From the human T2T-CHM13v2.0 reference genome, Homo sapiens: 64,000 nucleotides of DNA. Made by a program: the position numbers and the translations under genes. Numbering within the stretch: the first letter of the stretch is position 1; each line of letters opens with the position of its first letter. Below, piece by piece: positions 40,501 through 56,128 of this stretch. Location of the stretch: the NCBI RefSeq assembly GCF_009914755.1, contig NC_060930.1; one strand, given 5' to 3'. The notes beneath the pieces were generated by a model. The model was not told where the DNA came from, did not search any database, and worked only from the letters and a program-made list of their open reading frames with translations.

Positions 40501-41477
40501 AAATGAGCCAATTTTAAAATTAGATAATTTCAGTTACAACATTTTGCTGATTTTTTTTGTAAATAAGAAATCAATAACACACTCATTTTTTAATTTGAGA
40601 ATGTCATAAGCTTTCATTTGACTTTTTTACATTTTTGTCTGACAGAAGGAGTTGATGGTGGCAGTAAACAAATATTGAACTTCTTTTCAAATTGTTCTAT
40701 TCCTAGATGACTCTTTTTCAATGAAATTTAGCCATCTGGGAAGTTTGTTCTTTGTAACTTTCCTCTGTAGGAAGAGCATGCCTGTGAAATTCAGCAAGAA
40801 ATTAAGTCATAAGAAGAGCAAGTAATTCCACTGCTAATGAAGCCAGAGATATCACTTTTGTGACTGAAATACAGGGGAATTAAAATTGCTCTCACCAAGC
40901 TGAATTTTATCAGTTATAAAAAATTGTAATTTTAAAAAAATAGCCATGCAACATATATGGTAAAGATAATTTCTCTGGTTTAAAGAATGATTTTATTTGC
41001 ATGACATTAATCAAAAGGTGAGTTTTCAAGGTTATCTAATAGGGAATCATTCTTAACATAATAATTTGTTCATTTTAAATCACTATTACACATTTGGCAG
41101 TTCTGTTAAGGAGATAATTTGGCAACCTCTTCATTGAAAGTGGCTCCTCTCATAAAAATGGGCACCTAGAGAGATATTTACACATACTCTAACTCTGCCT
41201 ATATGCAAAAAATTACTGTAGAAAACTGCATCACCAACTTTTTGGTGTTTAAGTAGACAATGATGTAAGTCCATAAAATCTAGCAATGGTGGGCATAGTT
41301 TGAGGAAGAAAGGTAAAATAGTAGTGATGTACTTAGAAGTGAAAATCCATTTTGTCAGAACCACTATTGCCTACCTAATATCTATACTCCCTTTCATTTT
41401 TACAGACTTTATACATACTCTCAATATGCCAACTAAAATCAACATTTATCAGCCTCTCTTGCATCTATGTGGCCATG

Positions 41478-43624
41478 TGTATTAGTCTGTTTTCACACTA
41501 CTATAAAGATACTACCTGGGACTGGGTAACTTATTTAAAAAAGAGGTTTAGCTGACTAACTGACACAGTTCTGCATGACTAGGGAAGCCTCAGGAAACTT
41601 ACAGTCATAGCAGAAGGTGAAGGGGAACCAAGTCATGTCTTAAATGGCAGCAGGCACAAGAGAGAGCAGAGGGGAAGCACCAGGCACTTATCAAACAACC
41701 AGATCTCATGAAAATTCACTCACTATCACAAGAACAGCATGGAGGGAATCACCCCATGATCCAATCCCCTCCCACCAGGTCCCTACCTCAACATGTGGGG
41801 ATTACAATTCCAGATGAGATTTGGGTGGGGAAACAGAGCCAAGCCAAATTATTCCACCCTGACCCTCCAAAATCTCATGTTATTTTCACATATCAAAACC
41901 AATCATGCCTTCCCAGCAGTCCCCCAAGTCTTAACTCATTCCAGCACCTTAACTGAAAAGTCCAAGTCCAAAGTCTCACGTAAGACAAGTCAAGTCCCTT
42001 CCACCTATAAGCCTGTAAAATAAAAAACAAGTCATTTACTTTGAAGATACAATGGGGGTACAGGCATTGGGTAAATGTTCCCATTCCAAATGGGAGAAAT
42101 GGGACAAAACAAAAGGTTTACCAGCCCCATGCAAGTCCAAAACCTAGCAAAGCAGTCATTAAATCTTAAAGCTCTGAAATAACCTCTTTTGAGTCCATAT
42201 CTCACATGCAGGGAATGCTGATGCAAAAGGTGGGCTCCCATGGCCTTGGGCAGCTTCGCCTATGTGGCTTTTCAGGATACAGCCCCTAAAGCCGCTTTCA
42301 CAGGCTGGCGTTGAATGCCTGTGGCTTTTCCAGGGCACACTGCAAACTGTCAGTGAACCTACCATTCTGGGGTCTGGAGGATGGTGGCCCTCTTCTCACA
42401 GCTTCACTTGGCTGTGCCCCAGTAAGTACTCTGCATAGGGTCTCCAACCCCACATTTCCCTTCTGCACTGCCCTGGCAGAGGTTCTCCGTGAGGGACCTC
42501 TGCAGCAGACTTCTGCCTGGACATCCAGGCATTTCCATACCTCCTCTGAAATCTAGGTGGAGGCTCCCAAAGCTCAACTTTTGTCTTCTATGCACTCGCG
42601 GGCCCAACACCATGTGGAAGCTACCAAGCCTTTGGCCTTGCACCTTATGAAGTGATAGCTTGAGCTGTACTGTGTCACATTTTAGCCATGGCTTGAGCTG
42701 GAGGGCCTGGAACACAGGACACCAAGTCCTGAGGCTCACAGAGCAGTGAGGCCCTGTGCCTGGCCCACAAAAACATTTTTTCCTCCTAGGCCTCCAGGCC
42801 TGTGATGGGAGGGGCTGCTGTGAAGATTTCTGACATGGCTTGGAGACATTTTCCCCATTGTCTTGGCTATTAACATTTGGTTCATCACTTATGCAAATTT
42901 CTATAGCCAACTTGAATTTCTCTTCAGAAAATGGGGTTTTTCTTTTCTACCACATGGCCAGACTGCAAATTTTCCAAACTTTTATATTCTGCTTCCCGTT
43001 TAAACGTAAGTTCCTCATCTCCATCTGAGACCACCTCAGCCTGGATTTCATTGTCCATAACAATATCAGCATTTTGGTCAAAACCATTCAACAAATCTCT
43101 AGGAAGTTCCAAACTTTCCTACATCTTCCTGTCTTCTTCTGAGACCTCCAAACTGCTCCAGCCTCTGCCTGTTACCCAGTTCCAGAGTAACTTCCACATT
43201 TTCATGTTATCTTTATAGCAGTACCCCACTTTGGTACCAATTCTCTGTATTAGTCAATTTCCACACTGCTATAAAGATACTACCTGAGCCTGGGTAATTT
43301 ATAAAGAAGAGGCTTTATTGACTTACAGTTCTGCATGGCTGAGGAGGCCACAGGAAACTTACAATTATGGCAGAAGGCAAAGGGGAAGCAAGACATATCT
43401 TACATGGCAGCAGGCAAGAAAGAGAGCTCAGGGGACACACCAGACACTTACCAAACAACCAGATCTCGTGAAAACTCACTGACTATCATGAGAACAACAT
43501 GAGAGAAACCACCCCCATGACCCAATCCCCTCCCACCATGTCCCTCCCTTGACACTTGGGGGTTACAATTCAGATTACAATTCCAGATGAGCTATGGGTA
43601 GGGACACAGTGCCAAACCATATCA
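41478..43624 (-). mobile_element. Complete THE1D MaLR element (3'LTR 41478-41851, internal 41852-43245, 5'LTR 43246-43624)
   Basis: Two direct LTRs, THE1 internal sequence, polypurine tract next to the left LTR, perfect TSD CCATG. Confidence 0.94.
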
Positions 43625-43975
43625 CCATGTGACACATTGTTGCTCAATGAGATATAAGCCATATTCTACTCAGGGTTCCTGGAAACGTTTTGTATTACTA
43701 AAACAAAATTTTCATGCTCTTTCTTGTTTCTTCAGTTTTCTTTATGCCTGCAATGTGGTCTGGAATTGTAGCAACTATCATAAAATCATCAGAATAAAAG
43801 CCACATACCAAGAGGATAAAGCTATAGGAAGACTAAAATATGGATGTTCTCATTGGACTGCCATCTTAGACCTGGACTACTTGCCTCAAAAAATTCTTAC
43901 ATTATGCAAAAATAAATTCCTTTTTGTTTAATCCACTGTAGCTAGAATTTTGTAACATCATGCCAAATGATAAGT
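43625..43975 (+). mobile_element. Old ERVL/MaLR LTR remnant that hosts the THE1D (continues at about 41400-41477)
   Basis: cagcctctcttgcatctatgtggccatg|tgacacattgttgctcaatgagat rejoins across the THE1D. Confidence 0.5.
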
Positions 43976-44229
43976 GATAACCATCCCTCATGTAACTCAA
44001 AAAACTATAACAAACACCTTGAATGTGGACAACTACTCATGCAGGCATCCATCATGCATCTTACATCCTGTTGGTGGAAGAAAAATCTTTATATAAAAAT
44101 ATTATGAACTTCTGAAATAGTACTATGCTCTGATTTTTGTGGAAAATCTTATAAAATCCTTTATCTAATAAATAATGTAGCCTGCCCCTTCCTCTGGGAG
44201 CTCTGTGCTAAACACCCATAATGGTAAGC

Positions 44230-44910
44230 TAGATAAAGAAAATGTGCTAAACATACAGCATGGAATACTATGCAGCCATAAAAAAGAATGATGGAACTGG
44301 AGGCCACTTCCTCAGCAAACTAACACAGGAACAGACAACTAAATACTGCTTGCTCTCATTTATAAGTGGGAACAAAATGATGAGAACACATGGGCACATT
44401 GAGGGAAACAACATGCACTACGGCCTTTCAAAATGTGGAGGGTGGGGCCGGGCATGGTGGCTCACGCCTGTAATCCCAGCACTTTGGGAGGCCGAGGCAG
44501 GCGGATCATGAGGTCAGGAGATAGAGACCATCCTGGCTTACACAGTGAAACCCCATCTCTACTAAAAAAATACAAAAAATTAGCCAGGCATGGTGGCGGG
44601 TGCCTGTAGTCCCAGCTACTCAGGAGACTGAGGAAGGAGAATGGCGTGAACCCAGGAGGTGGGGCTTACAGTGAGCCAAGATCACACCACTGCACTCCAG
44701 CCTGGGCAACAGCGCAAGACTCCATATCAAAAAAAAAAAAAAAAAAAAAATCTGGAGGGTGGGAGGAGGGAGAGGATCAGGAAAAATAACTCATGGCTAC
44801 TAGGCTTAATACCTGGGTGATAAAATAATCTGTACAACAAACCCCCATGACACAAGTTTACCTGTGTAACAAACCTGCATCTCTGAACTTAAAAGTTAAA
44901 TAAATAAATA
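44230..44910 (+). mobile_element. L1PA (about PA11-13) 3' end, interrupted by AluY
   Basis: gagaggatcaggaaaaataact...aaataatctgtacaacaaacccccatgacacaag. Confidence 0.88.
44446..44750 (+). mobile_element. AluY
   Basis: aatggcgtgaacc diagnostic; TSD aaaat(g/c)tggagggtgg. Confidence 0.93.
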
Positions 44911-45623
44911 CAATAGTATATGTTAATACAGAGTGAGAATTCCTCCCATGAGCTCCCTAAGGTGCACCATGTGCAATGAACATTTCCAGGACTTTATGCC
45001 TGGAATGTGATCTGGAACTGTAGCAACCATCATAAAACACCCTCATACAGAAAATTTTTGGCTCCAATACAGAGTCAAAGAAAGAAAGGAACATCCTTAA
45101 AAAGCATCTTAAATAGTGGTAGCTGACATTCCTTTCACTCTCTTTCATAAAATCCTTCTTCAGTTAATTTTTTAATCTTTCTTCATACACATGTGACAAT
45201 TGTATGGATCTCAGAAGCTCTGAGAGTCTGTCCTAACACTAATAATGCAAATGCTTGTCTGAAGTCCTGGGAATGTTCATCACGGATGATGACAGCTAAA
45301 AGGTAAATAGCTCAACTTTCCAAGTAGCCAGATGGATATTTATGATCTCTAATTCTCAGTCAGATTGGAATCAACATTTCTTACTGCATTGGCGACAACC
45401 TCCCTTAAGTCATGTTTAAAACTTCTCTTGTTTTTTTTGCCAACTCTGGAAAACAAGTCCTTACAAATTATGTTACAATTCATAAATAAAAGGCTATTCA
45501 TTTATAGGTAGCCACATGTCTTTTGAGCCATTAGATCAGCCTCACTCAAATTTGAGACACATCTGTCCATAATCAATCAAATTATCAAATATACTTGTTA
45601 TTTGTTAACTTGAAATGGAATAA

Positions 45624-46019
<396 letters not shown>

Positions 46020-48028
46020 TAAGCAGAAGCCTCAGTTGATTCCACAGGGAGCTCTTTATTTGGGGGCTTTCAAAGTGAAATTACATTAAGGTGAGGGGTG
46101 GGGCTTTACCTCTACATTTACTAGTAATTGAATGTGGTCTGCCCCTGGACAGGGAAGCCATCCTTGAGTGAGTCAGCTCTTATCATTCAGGGTAATTCTA
46201 AGAGAAGGAAACAGCCATGATTTATCAGTGGTGGCCAACATGACCAGTAGTTGGGGGAATGAGGCCCCAAACCTGAAGGAAAATCTGGAAAGAGTGCCTT
46301 GGAGACCCCTCTAGTCAGTTGTAGACCTCTGATAAACATTTGTATGGGATATAGATCTCATCACACTCTCTATACCCTTACTATATACCCCTCATCCCTT
46401 GTAAAGTTTATAATATTTGTTCTTTCCATATTCTTGACCATTTGAGCAATATATTAGCCTCTGTTCTTAAATCTGTAGATTTGTATCTCAGGCCTTCTTC
46501 CCACTTGAAGTAAATGACCAAAGGCACAATCTAAAGCGCTATTTAAAGGATTTCCTCACTACTTCCTGGATCAACTCTGCTAATATACAATACAGTTACA
46601 GATAAAAACTAGTCCTACTTCAAAGATACGAGTGGAGGGAGAAGCAATGAAGCAGTAGAAAGTAATACCATGACAGTTTGAGTCATCTGCTTTTATTTTT
46701 CTACCTTCTGGATTTGCTCAGATCTAATCACATATGCACCATTTCCACTTTACACTGGAATACTGCTGTGCATGTTGAGCTCCATAGGTCTGTCAAACAG
46801 ATAACCACCATTTTAATATGGACACGATCACCTGACTTTTTAGCCTGCCAGAAGCTGCTTTTTAGTTGGTTGGAGGGGATAGGAGAGAGGTTAGGAGATT
46901 CTCCAAACTTGCAGAAGATGATGATAATGATGATCCATATCAAACAATATGAGTGGTAAAAGGAGAGATTTGTCAAGTGAAACAATGTGTCAGATTGAAA
47001 GCATGGGTATAAAGTTGTTTTGAATGCAGTCCTCATGAATCTTTCACAGAAGACCAATTCCCACTGAGAAGTCCATTCTTTCAAAAGGCTGCATAGAAAG
47101 TGGAGAGGGAAAATGGAGCAGTTGCATAGGGAGTCAGAACCACTGTGGTTATCCACAGGGAAGAGAAAGAAAGAAACAAAAAAAATTGTTTTAATCTTTT
47201 CCTATCCAGTAACATTTATTAATAGCTATGTGCTGGCCCAGTGCTGGGTGCCGTACACATTCTATCTCATCTAATGCACACAACAAACCAGTTTTTATTA
47301 GTTGACCAGAAGTCATCCACAAATGGCTGAGATGAATTGGCAACACAGACCCACCCACTGACTTTGAAGTTAACACTGCCCCTACAGGTGACTCTCCCAT
47401 CCAATTTTACCAATTTTATGATTTTATCCACAGGTAAAATTTTTTTAATCATAAAAGACATTCTGTGAGAATTCTTGTTATTATCCAGTTATCTAGGCAA
47501 ATCTAGAAAGAAGCCTGGGGAGCTCATTAAAGTAGATATGCTGAGATGGAGAAAATTAAATTTTATCTCTTACTTCCTCTGGCTAAGAAAATTTTTAAGG
47601 CTCCTCAACAGGGAAAGAATTGGGGTGCAAAGCAGGAAAATGTATTCATTGAGATCAGTAACTTGTCCAGCTGTTCCTCATACTTATGGCTTTCAAATAT
47701 GTCAATGATATAGTTTGGACTAGGTTTGGGAACAATAGAGAGGGAATGTTCTAGGCTGGGAAAACATTCATGCATTGAAAGTAATTTTTTTCAAATAATC
47801 TACAAAACAGTCCTACTTTTCAATGTTTTGAATGAATTGAATTCAATCAATTCATAAGACAGAACACCGTCATTTGAAACATTATATTATGTTTCTACAA
47901 AACAAAAAGGAATAGAATTTTTAAAAACTCATCAGTTTCATGGAATTTTACTGGAAAGGTAATTAATCCATTTTCTTAGTTAATATGCTGGATCTGTACA
48001 AAGCATTATACAGAGTAAGTATTATTAA

Positions 48029-48342
<314 letters not shown>

Positions 48343-49019
48343 ATTTGTTTCATTATTGAACATGCAATTTAATTGAAGCATAATAGATCCCTTTAAATAT
48401 GTATTATTTTTCCTCTATTATGTTGATTGACTGCTCTAGGAGTAAGAAAAAATTTACCACATTCTAAGATGTCAGCAAGTGAAATTCCAACCTCGCAATT
48501 CTTAACAAGGAATTTTCATATTTGTGGGTGTAGCAGCCTGATTCAGAGACAAAGCCCACCTTCTGTATATGAGATGTTGGATGGACAGCCAATTGTAATG
48601 ATTTAAGGACAATGAACAATTGGGACCAGTTATCTTCTTCTTGAGACTCTTTACTTCTGTGAGTTCCAGCTGATGGACTCCAGCCCAGGTCTATATTGCA
48701 TTTGGCTGTGGTGGTATTTGGATTCGAATTTGAATGTCTCCATACTAGGCAAGCCCTCTCTACTTTGGCACAATACCTACCACTTTTTATTTTTTGTATA
48801 TCCTGATCCAAACAATGATACTACCTACTGAATTATAAAAGCAGTCAATTTTGTACAGAAGATGCTTCCGATTTCAGAGCCCTCTGTTAAAAGTTTAAAG
48901 ATAATTATATTTAGTTTGTCAAGTGTGCAGAAAATGTACAAGCTATCCTTGTACATTTTAGCTAATAAAAAGTCTTCTTGTAAAGGAATAGAATTTGGTT
49001 ATAATAGCTGTCAAATTTT

Positions 49020-49450
49020 TAAAATTTGTACTTTGAAGCTGTAATTCTAATTCCAGAAACTTTTTTCTAAAAAATTACTCATACAGATCCAAAAACTTTT
49101 GTGTGCAAGAATATGTTTGGCTGCATCACCCAAAATAAAAAAACCTTGTAAACAATCTAGATGTGCATTTATACAACAGTGGTTATAGAAATCATGATAT
49201 AGTCAGTATATATGTAACAATATCTCACACATCACATATATACTATATATGAATTCATGTATCATACGTATTAACATTTATGAATTTATATATTCACATA
49301 TCATATGTATATGAATGACATGTGTACATAAAATAGATGAATAATGACTATACATACTGGCAGGGAAAGTGTTCAAGTCATACTGTTAAGTAAAAAAGCA
49401 AGTTGCAAATTGCTGCATATAGTATGAAACCATTTTAGAGAAAATAAAGT
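49020..49450 (+). mobile_element. L1ME-type 3' fragment
   Basis: aaacaatctagatgtgcat...atactgttaagtaaaaaagcaagttgca. Confidence 0.6.
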
Positions 49451-49739
49451 GTGTGTGCACATGTATGAAATTTATGTCTTAATGCATAACAATGCAATAA
49501 TAAGTATTTTTAGGAAATTGAGATAACGATTTTCCACTCACAATTATAAAATAATGTATATAATTATGCATTTTATTATATATTTTTAACATGTATAATT
49601 CTAAGCTGCTTGAATTATAATGAGAAAAATTTGTTAGATCACTTATAATACAGTCAAAGAAGGGGAAAAGTTCTCCATTAAAATAAAAACAATCCTTGAG
49701 AAAATACAATATAATTCATTAATAAGCAAGTATTTTAAC

Positions 49740-50545
49740 ATGCTTCTTAGGCCCTACTCTTTGTGCCCTTGGCCTAAAACACTCTCCATAAATTATTATG
49801 AATGCCTGTTTCCCCAAATAGTTATTATCTGCTAATTCTTCAGCTCTCTCTCAGATACTATATTCTTATGAAAGTCTTCCCTAACCAACCCAGTCATATG
49901 TTCTCACAGAAATCATATTGTTCCATAGCACATGTGATGGTTAATACTGAGTGTCAAATTGATGAGACTGAAGGATGCAAACTATTAATCCTGGGTGTGT
50001 CTGTGAGGGTGCTGCCAAAGGAGATTAACATTTGAGTCAGTGGGCTGGGGAAGGCAGACCTACACTTAATCTGGATGGGCACCATCTAATCAACTGCCAG
50101 CGATTATAAAGCAGGCAGAAAATGTGAAAGCCTCCCAGCCTACATCTTTTTCCCATGCTGGATGCTTCCTACCCTTGAACATCAGACTCCAAGTTCTTCA
50201 GTTTTGGAACTTGGACTGGCTCTCCTTGCTCCTCAGCCTGCAGCAGGCCTATTGTGGGAACTTGTGATCGTGTGAGTTAATACTTAATAAACTCATTAAA
50301 TACCTAAGAAACTCTTTTATTCCATTAATTCTGTCCTTCTGGAGAACTCTGACTAATACAGTACACATGATGGTTTATAATTATATACTTATATATTCAT
50401 TTAGGAAATTATTTATTTTATATACAATTCCTAGACTAAGCTATGAGCTCCATGAGGTCAGATATCCTATCTGTTTTTCTCACTGTTAAATTACAGACAC
50501 CTGAAACAATGTCAGGTCATGATAGATACTCAAAATATATTTATT
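49740..50545 (+). mobile_element. L2 3' region, interrupted by MLT2A1
   Basis: ctagactaagctatgagctccatgagg...actcaaaatatatttattgaatg. Confidence 0.65.
49933..50360 (+). mobile_element. MLT2A1 (HERV-L) solo LTR
   Basis: tgtgatggttaatactgagtgtcaa...ctgactaataca; TSD GCACA/GTACA. Confidence 0.92.
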
Positions 50546-52869
50546 GAATGAAGAAATCATGAGTGAGTTTATTATTTAGTTGCATTTTTGAAAGTTCAGG
50601 ATAAGTCTGTTTTTTTTTAAAAGTCACATACAATGGATAAGGGAAAAATAGGCCTTGAAAAAAAGGATGGAGAGGAAGCCTAACAATTTCAACTAGTTTA
50701 CAATCTCACAGGCCTTGACAAGTTAACTCTTACAGCTAATTAAAATTACACCTGTGTATAGAGAGTAGGCATTCATTCATTTATTCATTCATTCAGTTTG
50801 TTCATTAATATTAATCTGCTAAGCTTTCATTCCCTTTATAAAGAGAAAGTCTTAGATTCAATGTGATGTTTCCTCTTTAATTCATAATCAGCTACCTAAG
50901 AATATTTTAAAAGGCCTCTTTTTTCAACTTTTAAAACCAAGCATTTCAGTTCTTATGAGCTTCATTCAAATTCTTGCCTTATTTTTTTCCCGCTAATAGC
51001 TCTACTCAATCCAAAGGTATTTTACTCAGTATATCTCAGATTTTATTTTCCCAGTTTCCTTCTTTTCATGCTGTTTATTTGAAGATTTTTTTAAAATTTT
51101 CAAACTGACTTTTTATTGCTATTTTTCTGGCCTCAGTTCTCTATTTGATGTTTTTAAAGAGTTGTGTCACTAGATAGTAGTTAAATACTTACCAATTTTT
51201 CTACTTAATCTCAGAAAACCTGCTGCCATTTTATAATAAATACAATACCATGCCACTCATGGAAGGTCAATGCATGAGTGTCGGGTAATGTCACTTGACT
51301 TCTTTGAGACAGGATCCCCCACTTACTCACACCACCCTCCCATTAAAAACTAACCGTACATCTGGAATGTTGGCCAGCTTTCCTTAATAGAGAGGATGTG
51401 GCCTAAGGGCCTTTATTCACAAAATTAGTTTGTGCCTGATGCTCTGAATTATGCTGTTTTAATAATTTGCTAGAAACATGATCAATAAGAAGTATTCATT
51501 TTCTGTTACCCTGTAGGTAAATTCTTTGCCAGTATTAATATTTTCTTTGACAGATTGCTGAACTCATAATGATGGTATTGCATACTTGCAAAGCTGTTTA
51601 TGATCTGCAAAATAATTTCACATTTCACTGTGTCATAGCTTTTCACCTCTGATTCTAGTTAGATAATTCAATTATGTAAAATAGTCACTTGATGAGGGAC
51701 TCCTGTTAAGCATTATACCAACACTTCAGACACTGTCAAAAGAAATATATGTAGTCTCTTCATTTGCAAATCATTGAAAGCTTGAAAGTGGTGTATTAGA
51801 AACAAAGACTGTTATAAAATTGTAGGATACCACAACTTCATGCAATTTAAAAAAACAGTGAGTTCCAACCATGATCAAAAAGGATGGATTTATATTTGTC
51901 TGGAAATTAAGAAAAATGGCTAAAGAAATGTCAATCTGACTGCCTTGCTTGTTGGCTGTAGCCCTTGCTATCTTGAATTATATTTGCGATTACTAAATAT
52001 AATTCTTGCCTAATATCCTACTTCCACTTGAATATACTCTCTTGCTTGGACAATGATGTCAATTCTTAATATCTCTTTAATATTTCAATCCCAGCTTTCT
52101 CATTTGTCTCTTAATGCCCAGTGATGCATGATATGGCACAAGGTTGCAATACTGGTAATATTTTTTTCAGAAAATCATCCTTCCTTTATCATCTGTTGAC
52201 ACTTTTGTTGAGCCATTTAAATGTGCCCAGCATTCTGCTTGACTGCTAAGGTTATACAGTTGACACCCTTAAGGAGTTTACAGTAATTCAGTTTGCAATC
52301 TATACATAATTAATTAGACATTTTTCATCAATTAAAAACATACAAGAATTTTAAAAATATATAATATTCTTGCAGTCTTCATTGCATGAAAGAAACAAGT
52401 ACTATCCCTTAAATTAGATATGCGTAACCTATGAAGATACCAGATTAGCCAGTTTACTAGGTGTGCAATAAATAAAATCCCAAAGTATCTATTCTTGATT
52501 GTGGAAAAAAGATCTGAAGATATAGAAAAGTAAAGTTTCTATGACAGAACACATCATAGACCAGCATTGGAAACACACTAAAAATAATATTAATCAATTG
52601 TCAGTCATAAGCTTGTCAGAAGCCTGACATAATTGTTCTTCCTCAGAGAGAAAAATGTGCAGAGACTTAGAGAAAAAAAATTCATTAGAATAATCTGTTC
52701 ACCTTGATTGAAAGTTGATAAATGTATTTGGTAATTTCAAACAGATTGTGAATTTTAAAAATCTATGCTAGAACTCATTTTTATAAATTTGTAAAATTAG
52801 GAAGGAATTGAGGAGAAAACTCTTATCAAAAAATTGCAAATTGTGGCTTTATCCAGCCTGTCAATGTTA

Positions 52870-53260
52870 GACTGGATAAATTAAATGTAGTACATATACA
52901 CTATGGAATACTATGCAGCCATAAAAAGGAACAAGATCATGCCCTTTGCAGGGACATGGATGGAGCTGGAACCCATTTTCCTCAGCAAACTAACTCAGGA
53001 ACAGAAAACCAAATACCACATCTTCTCACTTATAAGTGGGAGATGAATAATGAGAACACATGGATACATTGAGGGGAGCAACACGCACTGGGGCCTGTGG
53101 AAGGGTGGAGCATTAAGAAGAATAGCTAATGGATGCTGGGCTTTATACCTAGGTGATGAGATGATCTGTGCAGCTAATCACAATGGCACATGTTTACCTA
53201 TGTAACAAACCTGCACATCCTGCACATGTGCCCCTGAAATTAAAAGTTGGAAATCAAAAA
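52870..53260 (+). mobile_element. L1PA (about PA8A-10) 3' end
   Basis: aagaatagctaatggatgctgggc...tgtaacaaacctgcacatcctgcacatgt. Confidence 0.88.
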
Positions 53261-54173
53261 AGGCCAATTTTTAAGATTCTAGGACAAAAAGAGGTTACTT
53301 ATGTATTTAGATATTACAGATGCAATATTCTTCCTTGGGTTTTGTATATAGAAGCAATTTTTCTCCAGCAAAATTATACAAATGACCATTCTTCATAACT
53401 GAAAACAGTGAAAGTATCTTGTGGGCATCAGACCTTCCAGTGCAGAGGATGATTAAAGTTGAGATAATCAGTTAAGAAACATGCTATTTCCAGCTCCTTC
53501 TTCTTTCATTGAGGAGAGAAGGAGTGGGAGGAAGACTCCGGATTGATGAACAATTAATTTTAGTCTGTTAATTTTCTACAAGGAAAATGACTAAGATTCA
53601 CTTTATGGAAATTTAAAATGCATGCAATTTGGACATCATACTGTAAAACATCACCAAGGAATATAGCTAAAGATTAGAAATGTTGCTGAAATGGAGCAGC
53701 CCTGAAATGATTTGGGAGAAGCTATTTTATTAAACTCTTTTCTAGCTTAATGAATTTCAGTCTCAGTACTTTCTAGTCCATGCTTTTTCAAACTGCTGTA
53801 CATGGAGCATTCGTTTCTGAGTGATTTTAAAATGTATTGTGCAAGTAAAAAGAATTCTAGGAGAAATATATTGGAAACCTTTGGGTTATACAAAGTTAAA
53901 TTCATTTCTTCAGGACCTTGTGACGTCTCTAATGTACTACATGTGTTCTGCCTTCTGAGAAAGAGATATAATGAACAATGTCTTTCAGACACATTTGACT
54001 GTAGTAAACTTTTCTTAAGATGACTGCTCCCAAATGCATGCATGAGAACAATTACTTTTAGTGAATGATATGAAACAACTGACTATATTTTTGCACTTTC
54101 ACTCTTACTGTCACATTATTCCTAAAGGACAGATAGTTGTGCAAGAAGAATATTGAATCCAAACAGGTTGTTA

Positions 54174-54503
<330 letters not shown>

Positions 54504-54969
54504 TCATGTAGAAGTGAAAGTCAACACAGCTGCAAAGTTTAGAAAGATGTCTTCCAATATGAAAGAAAATATCTTCTTTAAGAAAAAATAATTTCAATAC
54601 TAAACAAGTACTTACAAAAAATAGAGGAGAATAAAATACTTCCAAACTAATTTTTTAAGCCAGAATATTCCTTATACCAAACACTGGAAAGAGCATTACA
54701 AGAAGAGAAAATGAATACTAATGTCTCATAATAAATATTAGCAGTAAACTCGAACAATGTTCAATCATGACCAGATAGGGTTACTTATAAGAAAGTAGAG
54801 TTGGTTTAGTATTTAAAAATCAACCACGCAAATTCCCATATTAACAGAATAAAGATTAAAATAGTATATATAAATAGATGTGAAAAATTTTTTATTAAAT
54901 TTAAAATCCATTCATAATTTTTACAGAGAACTTTCAAACTAGGAACACAATAAGACTTCCTTAATCTGA

Positions 54970-55279
54970 TTTTTTCTTTTAATTTTTTTCTTTTAATTGA
55001 GACAGTCTTGCTCTGTTGCCCAGGCTAGAGTGCAGTGGCGCAAGTTCAGCTCACCACAACCTCTGTCTTCTGGGTGCAAGCGATTCTCATGTCTCAGCCT
55101 CCCAAGTATGCTGGGATTGGAGGTGTGCTCCACCTCACCTGGCTAATTTTTGTATTTTTAGCACAGATGGGTTTTCACCATGTTGACCTGATTGGTCTCA
55201 AACTCTTGGCCTCAAGCCGTCCACTTGCCTTGGCCTCCCATCGTGCCAGGATTACAGGTGTGAGCCTCCATGCCTGGCC
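54970..55279 (-). mobile_element. Alu (J/S)
   Basis: Alu reverse complement; TSD cttaatctgattttt. Confidence 0.92.
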
Positions 55280-55306
55280 CTTAATCTGATTTTTTAGAAA
55301 AGTTTA

Positions 55307-55480
55307 GGTCAGGTGTGATACCAGGCACCTGTAGTCCTAGCTACTTGAGAAGCTGAGGCAGGAGAATCCCTTGAGAGGCTGAGGCAATATAATCACTTGA
55401 GGCAAGGAGGTCAAGCATTGATCACACCACTGCACTCCAACCTGGGTGAAAAAGGGTGAACCTGTCTCTATTTTTTTAAA
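55307..55480 (+). mobile_element. Alu right-arm monomer (FRAM/AluJ-like) with a small internal duplication
   Basis: cttgaga(a/g)gctgaggca repeated; ends like an Alu right arm. Confidence 0.8.
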
Positions 55481-55723
55481 GAAAAAGTCTACAAATAACG
55501 TACAGCTAACATTAGACTCTCTGCAAAAATTTTGAAATACCTCTAGGATCAAAAATAAGACAAGGATGTCCACTTTCAACACTTTTCATTCAATGAATTG
55601 CTGGAGGTCTTAGCCAATTCAATAAAGCAAAAAATAACAATAATAAAAAACACATATAAAAGTTCAAAATCAAAATTCCTGAAGGATTTCTAGTAGAAAT
55701 ATTTAAATTAATTATTAAATTTA

Positions 55724-56128
<405 letters not shown>

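Noticed and set aside
42404-42910. Longest ORF in the window (168 aa)
   Set aside because: Lies entirely in THE1 internal sequence; a MaLR relic frame, not a host gene
46040-46310. Possible old ERVL LTR remnant (similarly about 2040-2540 and 38960-39230)
   Set aside because: Too diverged to assign family or boundaries by eye
48464-48811. 115-aa ORF in unique sequence
   Set aside because: Non-ATG start, no recognisable domain and no convincing splice context; length compatible with chance
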